Shown here: one piece after another, positions 8,160 through 17,263 of the stretch
Position numbering within the stretch: position 1 is the stretch's first letter
Layout: each line of letters opens with the position of its first letter
Virus record (IMG/VR): IMGVR_UViG_3300044633_001982
Source of the DNA: a virus
Taxonomy: Duplodnaviria > Caudoviricetes
Length of the DNA stretch: 64,000 nt
Strand: one strand, 5' to 3'
Made by a program: the position numbers and the translations under genes
The notes under the pieces: model-generated
What the model was told of the DNA's origin: nothing
Databases searched by the model: none
What the model saw: only the letters and a program-made list of their open reading frames with translations

Positions 8160-9236
8160 ATGAAAAAATTATTATTTGTTACTGAAAACGAAAGGCAAAC
8201 AATTTTAGAAATGCATGGGTTCATTAATAACCCAAATGTTATTAATGAGGAATATACCGAATTAGAAAAAATATTTAAAAACCCGTATGCCGAATTAGAA
8301 AAAATATTTATAAACCCTTTTGTTAAAGGTTTGGAAAAATCAAACCCAAAGGCGTTTGATGAATTAAGTAAAATTTTAGATAGAAGAGCCGATGAAACAT
8401 TATCAGGAGCTTTTGATAGGGTCTTATCAAAAGCGGTTGATAATGGAAGTAGAGCAGATGGAGTTAATGCGCTTAAATTTTGTAAACAATTAAGTTTAAT
8501 TAATGACCAATTTGCTGAAGAATTTTATAAAAATCAAATTGAAGTAATTAATAAAATTAGATTACATCCTGAATATTCCAAACAATGGGAACTAATGGTT
8601 AAAAATAATTTTGGTGAAAAAGTTCTTGAGAAATATAAAAAAAATAATATGGGTTCAGTTAAACCTGTTGAAAAAACCCCAACTGAGCCTAAACCATCTG
8701 AGAAACCTGCCGAACAAAAACCAACCCCACCTAAACCTGCGGAACAAGTAAAACCTCAAACGGGAATATCAATAGGAAATTTCACAGTTAGGCCACTAAA
8801 TGACGGTTCAAAACTTGCCAAATTTATGGACGCATTTTTTGAAAAAGTTTTTTACGAAGGAAATAATAAATTTATGAACGGATTTCCAAAAGAAGTTATA
8901 AAACAATTTACACCTGAAACAAAAAGTTACTTATTACAATTATTAGATATTGTTAAACGAAAAAACCTTACAAGTGGTCTTGAACAGGGTTTTAAGTCCG
9001 ATTATGGTCGTTTACCTAAAACTGTTGATGAGGAAATTGAGATGTTATCGAACAATTTTTGGGGTGGAAAGTCACAGTTTGGAGGTCGTAGACAAGGGGG
9101 AATACAAGGAATGTTAGGCGAAGCACCCATTCCGACAGAGAATGTTTTGGACAACCTTACGAATACTACGATGTCACCGAGTCAAAAAAAAGAACTTATG
9201 GAATACGGTCACAAAATTGAGGTGTTTAAAAAATAA
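8160..9236 (+). CDS. leader-tagged (class B) protein, paralog of 25062-26099
   Basis: Shared N-terminal ~160 aa, Pro/Lys/Glu linker, distinct C-terminal domain; 33-nt tandem duplication near 8258-8320. Confidence 0.75.
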   Translation: MKKLLFVTENERQTILEMHGFINNPNVINEEYTELEKIFKNPYAELEKIFINPFVKGLEKSNPKAFDELSKILDRRADETLSGAFDRVLSKAVDNGSRADGVNALKFCKQLSLINDQFAEEFYKNQIEVINKIRLHPEYSKQWELMVKNNFGEKVLEKYKKNNMGSVKPVEKTPTEPKPSEKPAEQKPTPPKPAEQVKPQTGISIGNFTVRPLNDGSKLAKFMDAFFEKVFYEGNNKFMNGFPKEVIKQFTPETKSYLLQLLDIVKRKNLTSGLEQGFKSDYGRLPKTVDEEIEMLSNNFWGGKSQFGGRRQGGIQGMLGEAPIPTENVLDNLTNTTMSPSQKKELMEYGHKIEVFKK

Positions 9237-9256
9237 TACAAATTTTATAAAAAAAT

Positions 9257-9300
9257 AAACCCCATTCATTTGTTTGATGGGGTTTTTTGTTTTATATTTG
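9257..9300 (+). promoter_or_regulatory. fused terminator hairpin and sigmaA-type promoter
   Basis: Hairpin AAACCCCAT/ATGGGGTTT contains TTTG 9269-72; 20 nt later TATATTTG 9293-9300; ATG 9305. Confidence 0.7.
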
Positions 9301-9304
9301 CTCT

Positions 9305-9802
9305 ATGAATTTAGATAACTACACTTTTGACGAGCTTATTAAATTAAAGAATGAAGTTAACTTTCGAATCAATTCTTTTGAGGATGGGTATTTTTATATC
9401 TGTGATGTTCGTTCTTATGGTAGGAATTGGAAAGAAAATCATATAAATCCCCATACGGTTCAGGAACTATGTTATCATTATTTTGGTGATGAAGGTATTG
9501 TTGATGTTTATACAAACAATCCTGATTTGGATATTGAAAACTATGGGGGTGTTAAATTTGTCCCAACAAAAGAAGATTTGGATAAATGGAAAAATTATAG
9601 GTTTATAGAAACCCACATTCCTATTTGGGAACAAAATATTAAGGAGTGGGAAGACCGAGATAATGTTCCGTTTAATCGTAGACCATTATTCCAACCATAT
9701 GTAAACTCTGAGGATATTGAGGGGTATAAAAAAGAAATGTCTGAACTTGAGGGTACATTTGTGGCACCTGTAAGTATTGAGAGATATTTTGAGGAAGAGT
9801 GA
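9305..9802 (+). CDS. hypothetical protein
   Basis: Start moved to ATG 9305. Confidence 0.7.
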   Translation: MNLDNYTFDELIKLKNEVNFRINSFEDGYFYICDVRSYGRNWKENHINPHTVQELCYHYFGDEGIVDVYTNNPDLDIENYGGVKFVPTKEDLDKWKNYRFIETHIPIWEQNIKEWEDRDNVPFNRRPLFQPYVNSEDIEGYKKEMSELEGTFVAPVSIERYFEEE

Positions 9803-9843
9803 TTTTTTTTTGTCATATAATGTATTTATAATAAAACATTATT

Positions 9844-10275
9844 ATGAAACATCTTTTAAATAACATTTCTGAAGAAGAAAAAAACAGAATCCGTGAACAA
9901 CACACAGGAGGTAAAAAAATCGTAATTGAAAACTTTAATAAATTGTTGAATAGCAAGTTGGGTGATGCTAAACCATTGATTAGTGAGCAAAAAACTGAAG
10001 ACCCAACTAAAGACATGTATAGTGTTTTAATTGGTTATTTAGTTAAACTTTCAGAAGATGGAGGTAAAAAAGGAATCCAAGGATTGGATGACATGGCGGC
10101 AATCAAAGAAACGAGAATGTATTTTGAAGCGTTGAGGGATGGAAAAACCCCAAAACCTTTGAGTAAACCTGCTGAAATTGTTAAAAATTATGCAATGGCC
10201 GAAACAAGAAAAATGCAAGGTCAAGAATTAGTTGCTTTAAAACAGTATGGTGAGAACGTTAAAACTAAACTTTAA
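9844..10275 (+). CDS. leader-tagged (class B) helical protein
   Basis: NNISEEEKNRIREQH...PLISE. Confidence 0.75.
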   Translation: MKHLLNNISEEEKNRIREQHTGGKKIVIENFNKLLNSKLGDAKPLISEQKTEDPTKDMYSVLIGYLVKLSEDGGKKGIQGLDDMAAIKETRMYFEALRDGKTPKPLSKPAEIVKNYAMAETRKMQGQELVALKQYGENVKTKL

Positions 10276-10592
10276 TGAAACTCAAAATATCCCAATCTAA
10301 GTTAACTACTCTTGCTCAAACTGCGGTAGATAATACTCTGATGACCATTAAAAATGAATCAGAAGATTGGGGTATGGGTGAGATGTCTGAACTTGTTCAA
10401 GTTGATGGGGTAGAAAGAATTGAGGTAGTTAAAGTTGAAAAAAAAGGTAACCCATTTAAAATTGACGTAATATTCTATGTCAATGATGATGGAATATACT
10501 ACAGTGAATTAATTGAGGAAATATCTGCAAGGGTGGACCAAGATTGGATTCCTAATTCATATATACACGTTATTGAATTTATTAAAATTTAA
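10275..10592 (+). CDS. hypothetical protein, degenerate leader
   Basis: MKLKISQSKL; translationally coupled to 9844. Confidence 0.65.
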   Translation: MKLKISQSKLTTLAQTAVDNTLMTIKNESEDWGMGEMSELVQVDGVERIEVVKVEKKGNPFKIDVIFYVNDDGIYYSELIEEISARVDQDWIPNSYIHVIEFIKI

Positions 10593-10948
10593 TAAGTAAA
10601 ATCAATTTCTAAATATACGTGACTTAGAACGGTATCAACAGTTTCTACAATACTTTCAGTGAAATCGTCCAATAAGTATTCAGGGATATCATCTAAAGAA
10701 TATCCTGTCTCAAATTGACCTTCAACACCCTGAAGAACTTCCAATGGTTTGACATAGATAACACCTTCATATTTGAATTTACCTTGTTTTTCTTTATGTA
10801 AAGAAATCTTAGTTACTTTATAAGGAATTTTAACTTCAATTGGCAATTCGTTTTCAGAATATGGGGTATGGTAGTAACTTTCAAATACTCCATCAGATTT
10901 TACAAACTTTTTAATTAAATTTAAAGTGACTAAAGTTTCTTTGTCCAT
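10589..10948 (-). CDS. hypothetical protein
   Basis: 119 aa; starts 12 nt from the divergent gene at 10961. Confidence 0.7.
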   Translation of the reverse strand: MDKETLVTLNLIKKFVKSDGVFESYYHTPYSENELPIEVKIPYKVTKISLHKEKQGKFKYEGVIYVKPLEVLQGVEGQFETGYSLDDIPEYLLDDFTESIVETVDTVLSHVYLEIDFTY

Positions 10949-10962
10949 ATATTTATAAATAT
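10949..10962. promoter_or_regulatory. palindromic bidirectional late-type motif ATATTTATAAATAT
   Basis: Perfect 14-bp palindrome filling the gap between two divergent start codons. Confidence 0.65.
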
Positions 10963-11470
10963 GTCAGATAACTTTTCACAAAAGATAATTTCTCATTTAG
11001 ATAATGGAATGTCTCCATTAGAGATTGCGGAGTATTTTGGTGGTTTGGGACCATTTATTCAAAAAGTTTCGAAGTATCCTTATTTAAAAGCATTGGTCGA
11101 TTCAAAGTTAGGAGGTGAACTTGAGTTTGAAACTGAAGTAAATGATTATTTTAAAAGATACAAAGTACCAGTACAAATAACTGAAATTGAAAAGGCCGAT
11201 GACTTTGAAAAAATGTATGACATCTATGTTGACGTGGTAATACCAGAAGTTACAGATAAATCCGATATTGCAATTTTATTTAATTATTTACACAATATAG
11301 AACCTGATTATGCTGATGATTGGGCATACTTTAATGATATGAAATTTAATTCTGATACAATGACACATGTCGTGTCAATCAATGGTATTAATTGGAAAGA
11401 TATGAACCTATTGATTAACACGACAGAAGAAGACGTTGAAAGAATAATCCCTAACGAATACGAAATATAA
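10961..11470 (+). CDS. hypothetical acidic protein
   Basis: 169-aa ORF. Confidence 0.7.
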   Translation: MSDNFSQKIISHLDNGMSPLEIAEYFGGLGPFIQKVSKYPYLKALVDSKLGGELEFETEVNDYFKRYKVPVQITEIEKADDFEKMYDIYVDVVIPEVTDKSDIAILFNYLHNIEPDYADDWAYFNDMKFNSDTMTHVVSINGINWKDMNLLINTTEEDVERIIPNEYEI

Positions 11471-11471
11471 T

Positions 11472-11948
11472 ATGGAAAGAAGTAGTTTAGAAAGATTTAA
11501 TGATAAAATATTAATTAAAATCATTGACATCATATTGAAAGATTTTGATGGTGATGAATGGAAAAATGTGTTTGATGATGCATTGTATTATGAAAAATAT
11601 GAGTCAAATATCGGAGCTCTTGGGATTGATGTTGAAACAATTGATGTGGATTATATGTATTCATTGATTACATTAAACATTAGAGACGATTTTAAAATTC
11701 CATTAAATAGACCGAATCTTGCAAAATATGCTCAAGATGTTGATGTAAGTGAAAGGGTTATCCAAACAAACAGGTTTAGAAATTTTGTATATTCATATGA
11801 TGAAGGTATTGTCACTGAAAAGTTTAGATTTGAGGAAAGTGAAGGAATACTTTCAATATACGACGGTAACATAATTAATACTGAGGTTAATGATAGTGAG
11901 GACCTTGATTGGGAATATTTCTCACCTGATAAGATAAAAGATATTTAA
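11472..11948 (+). CDS. hypothetical acidic protein
   Basis: 158-aa ORF, operonic with 10961. Confidence 0.7.
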   Translation: MERSSLERFNDKILIKIIDIILKDFDGDEWKNVFDDALYYEKYESNIGALGIDVETIDVDYMYSLITLNIRDDFKIPLNRPNLAKYAQDVDVSERVIQTNRFRNFVYSYDEGIVTEKFRFEESEGILSIYDGNIINTEVNDSEDLDWEYFSPDKIKDI

Positions 11949-11957
11949 AATATTCAC

Positions 11958-12071
11958 ATGGCAAAGGCAAAAAAACAAGGTAAACCAAAACGTAATAGAC
12001 GTAACTTTTTTAAAAATCTTAAAAGGATTTTAAATAACGTAAAAGTATTGAGAGAAATTAAGGAATCTTAA
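11958..12071 (+). CDS. 37-aa basic protein (not in ORF track)
   Basis: MAKAKKQGKPKRNRRNFFKNLKRILNNVKVLREIKES; stop overlaps next ATG (TAATG). Confidence 0.65.
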   Translation: MAKAKKQGKPKRNRRNFFKNLKRILNNVKVLREIKES

Positions 12072-12373
12072 TGAAACATATTTTAACTGACAAACAAGTA
12101 AAACAAATTATAGAAAAAGGTGAAACTCTATTGAAATCTTTATTTAACGATGATGATAGGATATGCGGATTCAAAATATTTTTAAACGATGAACGTATAG
12201 ATGATGATGATTCAGTTTTTGATGTATATGTTTTGTTAAATAAAAAGTGGGTGATTGAAGACAATTGGTCAACCTTTAGGTCAGGACATATTCGAGACAA
12301 GGTTAAACAAACCGCATCTCAAATCATTAGTAAAAACATTGAAGTTTATAGTTACGCTAAAGATTGTAAATAA
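12071..12373 (+). CDS. hypothetical protein, degenerate leader
   Basis: MKHILTDKQVKQIIE. Confidence 0.65.
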   Translation: MKHILTDKQVKQIIEKGETLLKSLFNDDDRICGFKIFLNDERIDDDDSVFDVYVLLNKKWVIEDNWSTFRSGHIRDKVKQTASQIISKNIEVYSYAKDCK

Positions 12374-12985
12374 TTATTTTGATAAATGAGACATTAACAC
12401 TCCCCCTAATGCGGTTGCGTGTACTTGTAAATGGTTAATTGACTCCATATCAAGTTTAGTTTTACGTTTAGTAAAATCTAAACCTAATGTACCAATAAAT
12501 TTTTCATCTATTGATTTAATTGCGAACAGGTAACCTGATTTACAACCACTCTCTTCAGCAATATATTTTAAACCAAATGTTGAAACTGCCTCGTCTTTAA
12601 AATCAGGAATCTCAATAACATCATTTTCCAATAGTTGATTGATTGATTTACTAAATAAATTAACAGGGATATTGTGGAAATTTGATTGTATTGAGTTAAC
12701 ACCCGCCCCAACTGTTTCATACATCACACTAAATTTCGCCATTGACTTACCTGTTGGATAAAAATTACCTCCGTTATGAAACTGAGTAATCCAAACTCTG
12801 TCGGCTTTAAATTCATCTTTAATATGTTCAATTCTTGAGGTTATTAATTCTGAAACTTTTAAAGTCTCATGTACTAAATCTGGTTTTTTCTTACGTTTAT
12901 CTAAAAAGTTTTTAACAACTATAATTGATATCGGTCCTAAGACACCTGTGATAAACGCGACTACAATCTCTGATGATAATTCCAC
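12374..12985 (-). CDS. single-TM protein with GAF-like domain; possible T4 T-type holin
   Basis: N-terminal TM, basic KRKKK, ADRVWITQFHNGG, GAF-like C-terminus (FIGTLGLDF). Confidence 0.55.
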   Translation of the reverse strand: MELSSEIVVAFITGVLGPISIIVVKNFLDKRKKKPDLVHETLKVSELITSRIEHIKDEFKADRVWITQFHNGGNFYPTGKSMAKFSVMYETVGAGVNSIQSNFHNIPVNLFSKSINQLLENDVIEIPDFKDEAVSTFGLKYIAEESGCKSGYLFAIKSIDEKFIGTLGLDFTKRKTKLDMESINHLQVHATALGGVLMSHLSK

Positions 12986-13069
12986 TACAATATAAATTGA
13001 AATTTATTTACTAAATAAATATAATGAATTAAATAAAAAAAGTCCACAATTGATGATATTTATTAAAAT

Positions 13070-13495
13070 ATGAAAATTTCTTTACACGAAAACATTGAAA
13101 GAATTAAGTCATTATTAAATGTTAATGAACAAGCTGGCTCCGCACCTTGTAAACAACCCAATCAGATAAAAACAACTTCAGGTGAGACCGAACTCATGGG
13201 ATATATTTTAGATGTTCTTGATGATAACAATATAAATTTAAAAAATTGTAAAGATAGAAAATGTATTGATGATAAAATGTTGGCTGAAAAAATCATAAGT
13301 GAGTTACTTAACTCTTTAGTTGATAAAAGAGATTTGGGTACTGAGTTAAGTTCTGAGAACAAAAGAAATTTTGACTACTACACTAAAATAATGAGAGGGA
13401 TATTTCCAACGTATAATAAAGCTCACTACAATAGAGGCACATGCGCCATGAAATCAAAAGTTAGTAAAACAACTACAACAACATATTATAAATGA
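13070..13495 (+). CDS. leader-tagged (class C) Cys-containing protein
   Basis: ENIERIKSLLNVNE; TATTTAT 13057-13063. Confidence 0.7.
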   Translation: MKISLHENIERIKSLLNVNEQAGSAPCKQPNQIKTTSGETELMGYILDVLDDNNINLKNCKDRKCIDDKMLAEKIISELLNSLVDKRDLGTELSSENKRNFDYYTKIMRGIFPTYNKAHYNRGTCAMKSKVSKTTTTTYYK

Positions 13496-14604
13496 TTATG
13501 AAAACAAATTTATTTGAAATTAGTCAAGACGAAAAAAACAGAATTTTAAACCTTCATGAAGGTCACACAAAAAATCATTATTTAAATTTAATTAATGAAG
13601 AATCAACGTACAACCCTAAGTCAGAAGCAATTCAAAAAAAATTAAGTGAATTAGGTTACGGTAAAATTGTTGGAAGTCCTGATGGTAAATACGGACAAAA
13701 AACAGCTTGTGCAGTTGCTAAATTCCAAGAGGACAACAATTTAATCGTTGATGGTAAGGTTGGTAAAATAACTGCTACAAAACTTGGGGTTGATGCTTAT
13801 TTTCCTAAAGGTGTTAGTATTATTTCTTGTGGTACCAAAAATACTGACAATAAACAAAAAGTTACTGATGACTCAGGTAAACAAAATTGTCAGTCAGTTT
13901 TACCTGAAACATGTTCAAAAATTAGTCCAAATAAGGAAACTACTATTGGTAATGGTGGAAGTGAGGGTTGTTCACAATATGTTGGACTGTCTATAGGTGA
14001 AAAATTAGGTGATGCTTGGAAAGCCTTTAACGCGGCTAAAAAATACGGAGTTAAATATAATATGTTTACAGACGGCTCAATTGATTGGAATAATGTTAGG
14101 AACAAAATGAAATCCAATAAAATAAATTCATCAACTTGTGATTGTTTTACTGAGGAAGGTGAAAGTAAAGATAAATCTTGTAGTTCAGGTTCTGAGATTG
14201 CCAAAACTATTAGTTCATTTTATCCGTCATCGTCTAATTTCAGTAATGGTTCGTTGAAAGTAGGTGATATAGTTGGTATGTACTACAGAGATTCAGGTAA
14301 CAAAGGTAAAGCTTTTTGTGAAAGAGCTTCACAAAGAGGATTAGATAGTAGTGGTAATGTTAAAGATACTGACCCATTTACATTTAATACCCACGTTGGA
14401 TATGTTGGAGCGATTAAAAATGGTGTACCGATAATTTATCATAGTGTACACGGAACAAGATTAGCGACACCGGCAAACCAATTAAAAAGTAAAAATGGTA
14501 GTGCGATGATTGTTTGGGTAACAGGCGGACCTAAATCTGCTGAACAAGATTCTACAAAACCAAAAGATGTATCTTGGTATGAAAAAATATCAGATTGGTT
14601 TTAA
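13492..14604 (+). CDS. leader-tagged (class B) peptidoglycan-binding + NlpC/P60-like hydrolase
   Basis: ISQDEKNRILNLH...LINE; PGBD (DGKYG..T..AVAKFQ....L.VDGKVG..T); GCSQYV, VGDIVG, THVG motifs. Confidence 0.75.
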   Translation: MIMKTNLFEISQDEKNRILNLHEGHTKNHYLNLINEESTYNPKSEAIQKKLSELGYGKIVGSPDGKYGQKTACAVAKFQEDNNLIVDGKVGKITATKLGVDAYFPKGVSIISCGTKNTDNKQKVTDDSGKQNCQSVLPETCSKISPNKETTIGNGGSEGCSQYVGLSIGEKLGDAWKAFNAAKKYGVKYNMFTDGSIDWNNVRNKMKSNKINSSTCDCFTEEGESKDKSCSSGSEIAKTISSFYPSSSNFSNGSLKVGDIVGMYYRDSGNKGKAFCERASQRGLDSSGNVKDTDPFTFNTHVGYVGAIKNGVPIIYHSVHGTRLATPANQLKSKNGSAMIVWVTGGPKSAEQDSTKPKDVSWYEKISDWF

Positions 14605-14656
14605 CTTTTTTAAAAAATGTAATATTTATTAATAAATAAAAAAAAATAAAAAAAAA

Positions 14657-15055
14657 ATGAAAAAAATTGTTAGATTAACAGAATCAGATATCGTTAGATT
14701 AGTTAAGAAAGTAATCAACGAAAACACTCGAATGGCAATAAATGAAGGGGCTGTAAATGCTGCTGGAGGTACATTCGAATTTAATGGAAACGAACCTTAC
14801 GTTAAAGTAAATGGTAGAAAATTCAAAACTACGATTGACTCTTTAGTCTACAAAGGACCTGTAAATATTTCTAGAGTCCAAGAAAAGGCAGGTTCACTTT
14901 ATGGAAAAAATGTTTGTGTTGCTGATAGTAAAAATCAAGAAATGTGTTTTGATATTTCAAAGGCGCAAGACTTAGTTAATCAAGTAAACCAAGGAAAACA
15001 ATGGATAGAAATGGGTAATTCGGCTGGTAAAGTAATTTTCCAAGCTTGGCAATAA
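14657..15055 (+). CDS. leader-tagged (class A) beta-rich protein
   Basis: MKKIVRLTESDIVRLVKKVINE...AINE. Confidence 0.75.
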   Translation: MKKIVRLTESDIVRLVKKVINENTRMAINEGAVNAAGGTFEFNGNEPYVKVNGRKFKTTIDSLVYKGPVNISRVQEKAGSLYGKNVCVADSKNQEMCFDISKAQDLVNQVNQGKQWIEMGNSAGKVIFQAWQ

Positions 15056-15072
15056 AAAAAATAATATCAATT

Positions 15073-15099
15073 AAAAACCCCTCTAAAGAGGGGTTTTTT
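15073..15099. terminator. bidirectional intrinsic terminator
   Basis: AAAAACCCCTC TAAA GAGGGGTTTTT between convergent genes. Confidence 0.85.
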
Positions 15100-15118
15100 A
15101 GTTTATAAGGATTTTGTA

Positions 15119-15544
15119 TTAGTTAACCGATACAACTTCCAAATCAAAAATAAGTTTTTTACCTGCAAGTGGATGATTCATATCCAATACAACAGTGTCT
15201 TCTTTAATTTCTGATACAGTAACATTTATAGGGCCATGCTGATTCATACCCTGTAATTGGTCACCAACTTTAACTTCCGCAGGAACTTTAGATTTTTCAA
15301 CTTCTTGAATTAACATTGGATTTGGTTCCCCATAAGCATTTTCAGGTTCGATTTCAATAGTTCTTGTTTCTCCAACTGACATACCTATTAGTCCGTTTTC
15401 AAAACCTGGAATTAATTGACCCTGACCCAAAGTTGTAACTAATGGAGTACGACCTTCAATAAGAGAGCTATCAAAAATAGTCCCGTCTTCTAATTTTCCT
15501 GTGTAATTTACGGTAACACTATCACCATTTTCAATTTTTTTCAT
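15119..15544 (-). CDS. FKBP-type peptidyl-prolyl isomerase (SlyD/FkpB-like, with IF domain)
   Basis: V.VNYTGKLEDGTIFDSS, LIPGFENGL, LDMNHPLAGKKLIFDLEV. Confidence 0.92.
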   Translation of the reverse strand: MKKIENGDSVTVNYTGKLEDGTIFDSSLIEGRTPLVTTLGQGQLIPGFENGLIGMSVGETRTIEIEPENAYGEPNPMLIQEVEKSKVPAEVKVGDQLQGMNQHGPINVTVSEIKEDTVVLDMNHPLAGKKLIFDLEVVSVN

Positions 15545-15618
15545 AGTTCAATAATAAAATATTATTTTTTATTTGTCAAATACAAATTAAGATATATTTA
15601 TATAGAAATAGAAAAATT

Positions 15619-15975
15619 ATGAAAAAAATACGTTTAACTGAAACAGAATTAACATCTTTAATTCGAAATATTGTTATTGAAACTCAAAATGAAGAGATGA
15701 ACGAAGAAATGGAAAATTACTTCAACCCTGAAGCTATGGAGACAGGTGAGGCGATTGTTACCATTATTGGGACTGTAATCGGAATGTTAGGAATTGCAGG
15801 TTCTCACTACATTAAAGCAGCAATCAAAAAATTAAGAAAATCAGGTAACGATGCTGAAGCTGATAAAGTGGAAGAGGCATTACAGGCTGAAATGAGTAAA
15901 ATGAAAAGTCGTGAGATGAGTTCTGGTGAAGATGAACCAGTAATGGAAAGTCGTATTGTAAGAAGAAGAAAATAA
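15619..15975 (+). CDS. leader-tagged (class A) protein with one TM helix
   Basis: MKKIRLTETELTSLIRNIVIE; IVTIIGTVIGMLGIAG. Confidence 0.7.
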   Translation: MKKIRLTETELTSLIRNIVIETQNEEMNEEMENYFNPEAMETGEAIVTIIGTVIGMLGIAGSHYIKAAIKKLRKSGNDAEADKVEEALQAEMSKMKSREMSSGEDEPVMESRIVRRRK

Positions 15976-15991
15976 AATATATAAAATTGTT

Positions 15992-16049
15992 AAAAACCCT
16001 CATTTATTGAGGGTTTTTTTTGTGCATTTAAAAAAAATGTGTATATTTG
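15992..16049 (+). promoter_or_regulatory. terminator hairpin followed by sigmaA-type promoter
   Basis: AAAAACCCTC/GAGGGTTTTT; TTTG 16019-22, 19 nt, TATATTTG 16042-49. Confidence 0.7.
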
Positions 16050-16076
16050 TTTAATAATTAAAACAATAACCCGACC

Positions 16077-16241
16077 ATGAAAAACTTCAAACTAAAATTA
16101 ACAGCCTGTATGATGGCTTTGGCAGTTGATATGATTTTAATTGTAAATGCTCCAAATAAATCAGTATTCACTATTGGTATTTTGTTGGCAGTAATCCAAT
16201 CGGTTTTATGGGGTAAACTAATGTCTGAAATTAAAGAATAA
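16077..16241 (+). CDS. 54-aa two-TM membrane protein (not in ORF track)
   Basis: MKNFKLKLTACMMALAVDMILIVNAPNKSVFTIGILLAVIQSVLWGKLMSEIKE; own promoter and terminator. Confidence 0.7.
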   Translation: MKNFKLKLTACMMALAVDMILIVNAPNKSVFTIGILLAVIQSVLWGKLMSEIKE

Positions 16242-16266
16242 AAAAACCCCTCAAAGAGGGGTTTTT
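16241..16266. terminator. bidirectional intrinsic terminator
   Basis: AAAAAACCCCTC AAA GAGGGGTTTTT. Confidence 0.85.
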
Positions 16267-16267
16267 A

Positions 16268-17095
16268 TTAGAATACTTCTACTTCTTCCATCATTAACTG
16301 ATAGGCTCTTGCAAGTCGTGTCATTCCAATTCCACCACCAAAACGTGGGAAGAAATCGTGAGATAAAAATTCCTCTAACTCCTTTTCAACTCTTTCTTTA
16401 CCGAATAGTTCAAATAGTTTTTCAGAATATTTTCCATTTTCAATTGTGTAGAAGTTATTTCTCATTTCTTCCACATTGGAGCTTCTTTCTGCCGAACCAA
16501 TTGTTTCTTGTCCGTAAAGAATCACATCGACTTTATTGAATATTCTATTTTGATTCTCTCTCATATTCCAAAATGGATTGGTTCTGTATGGGAAATTCTG
16601 AAGAGATACTACGGGTCCTTTTTCTTCCCACATTCTTGTTTCGTGTTCATTTTCTAAAATTGAAACTCCTCCATATTCTTCACAAACATCATCATAGTTA
16701 ACCTCAATTGGTTTATCAAATCCTAAGTAGTCCAAAAGCTCTGATTCCAATTTTATCATTTCTTTCATTCCTCCTTTGGATTCAAATTCAAACATTGGGA
16801 AAATTAATTCGTGTCTGCCAGGAATTGGGTCTTTTTCTTGTCTATAAGACGTTGAGATACAGTACACACCATTCCATTCAGGATTTTTAAGAAGTTCGTA
16901 TTCTAACCACATTTGACCCGTCTGTGGTAACGGCCAAACCTCTCCTTGATAATTGAATGTTGTAATTGAATGTGGGTTTTCACATGCTGCCAAGATTGAT
17001 AATCTTGATTGGGTTGGGACTTCTTTAAATCCTTTTTCTTGAAAGAATGTTCTCATTTTTTGAACTAATTCATTGTAAGTTTTTGTGTTTTTCAT
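16268..17095 (-). CDS. class II aaRS catalytic-domain paralog (AsnRS/AspRS-like, no anticodon-binding domain)
   Basis: Motif 1 RTFFQEKGFKEVPT, motif 2 SYRQEK..PGRH...FPMFEFE, motif 3 PRFGGGIGMTRL; only 275 aa. Confidence 0.8.
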   Translation of the reverse strand: MKNTKTYNELVQKMRTFFQEKGFKEVPTQSRLSILAACENPHSITTFNYQGEVWPLPQTGQMWLEYELLKNPEWNGVYCISTSYRQEKDPIPGRHELIFPMFEFESKGGMKEMIKLESELLDYLGFDKPIEVNYDDVCEEYGGVSILENEHETRMWEEKGPVVSLQNFPYRTNPFWNMRENQNRIFNKVDVILYGQETIGSAERSSNVEEMRNNFYTIENGKYSEKLFELFGKERVEKELEEFLSHDFFPRFGGGIGMTRLARAYQLMMEEVEVF

Positions 17096-17131
17096 TTTTT
17101 TTTATTTTTAGTTTATTGTTAACGTATGGGC

Positions 17132-17157
17132 AAAAAAAATCCTGACAATTGTCAGGA
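17132..17157 (-). terminator. attenuator-like terminator in the leader of the aaRS paralog
   Basis: TCCTGAC AATT GTCAGGA followed by T8 on the minus strand. Confidence 0.75.
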
Positions 17158-17199
17158 CTTATTACTTTGTTTATATATGTTTCGCAGTTTTTTTCTCAT
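17152..17199 (-). CDS. 15-aa leader peptide MRKKLRNIYKQSNKS
   Basis: uORF whose TGA lies in the 5' arm of the terminator. Confidence 0.5.
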   Translation of the reverse strand: MRKKLRNIYKQSNKS

Positions 17200-17263
17200 A
17201 TTTCTTATTAAATATAGTATAATTTTAAAAAAGTATAAATAATAAATAAAAATATTTATTAAT

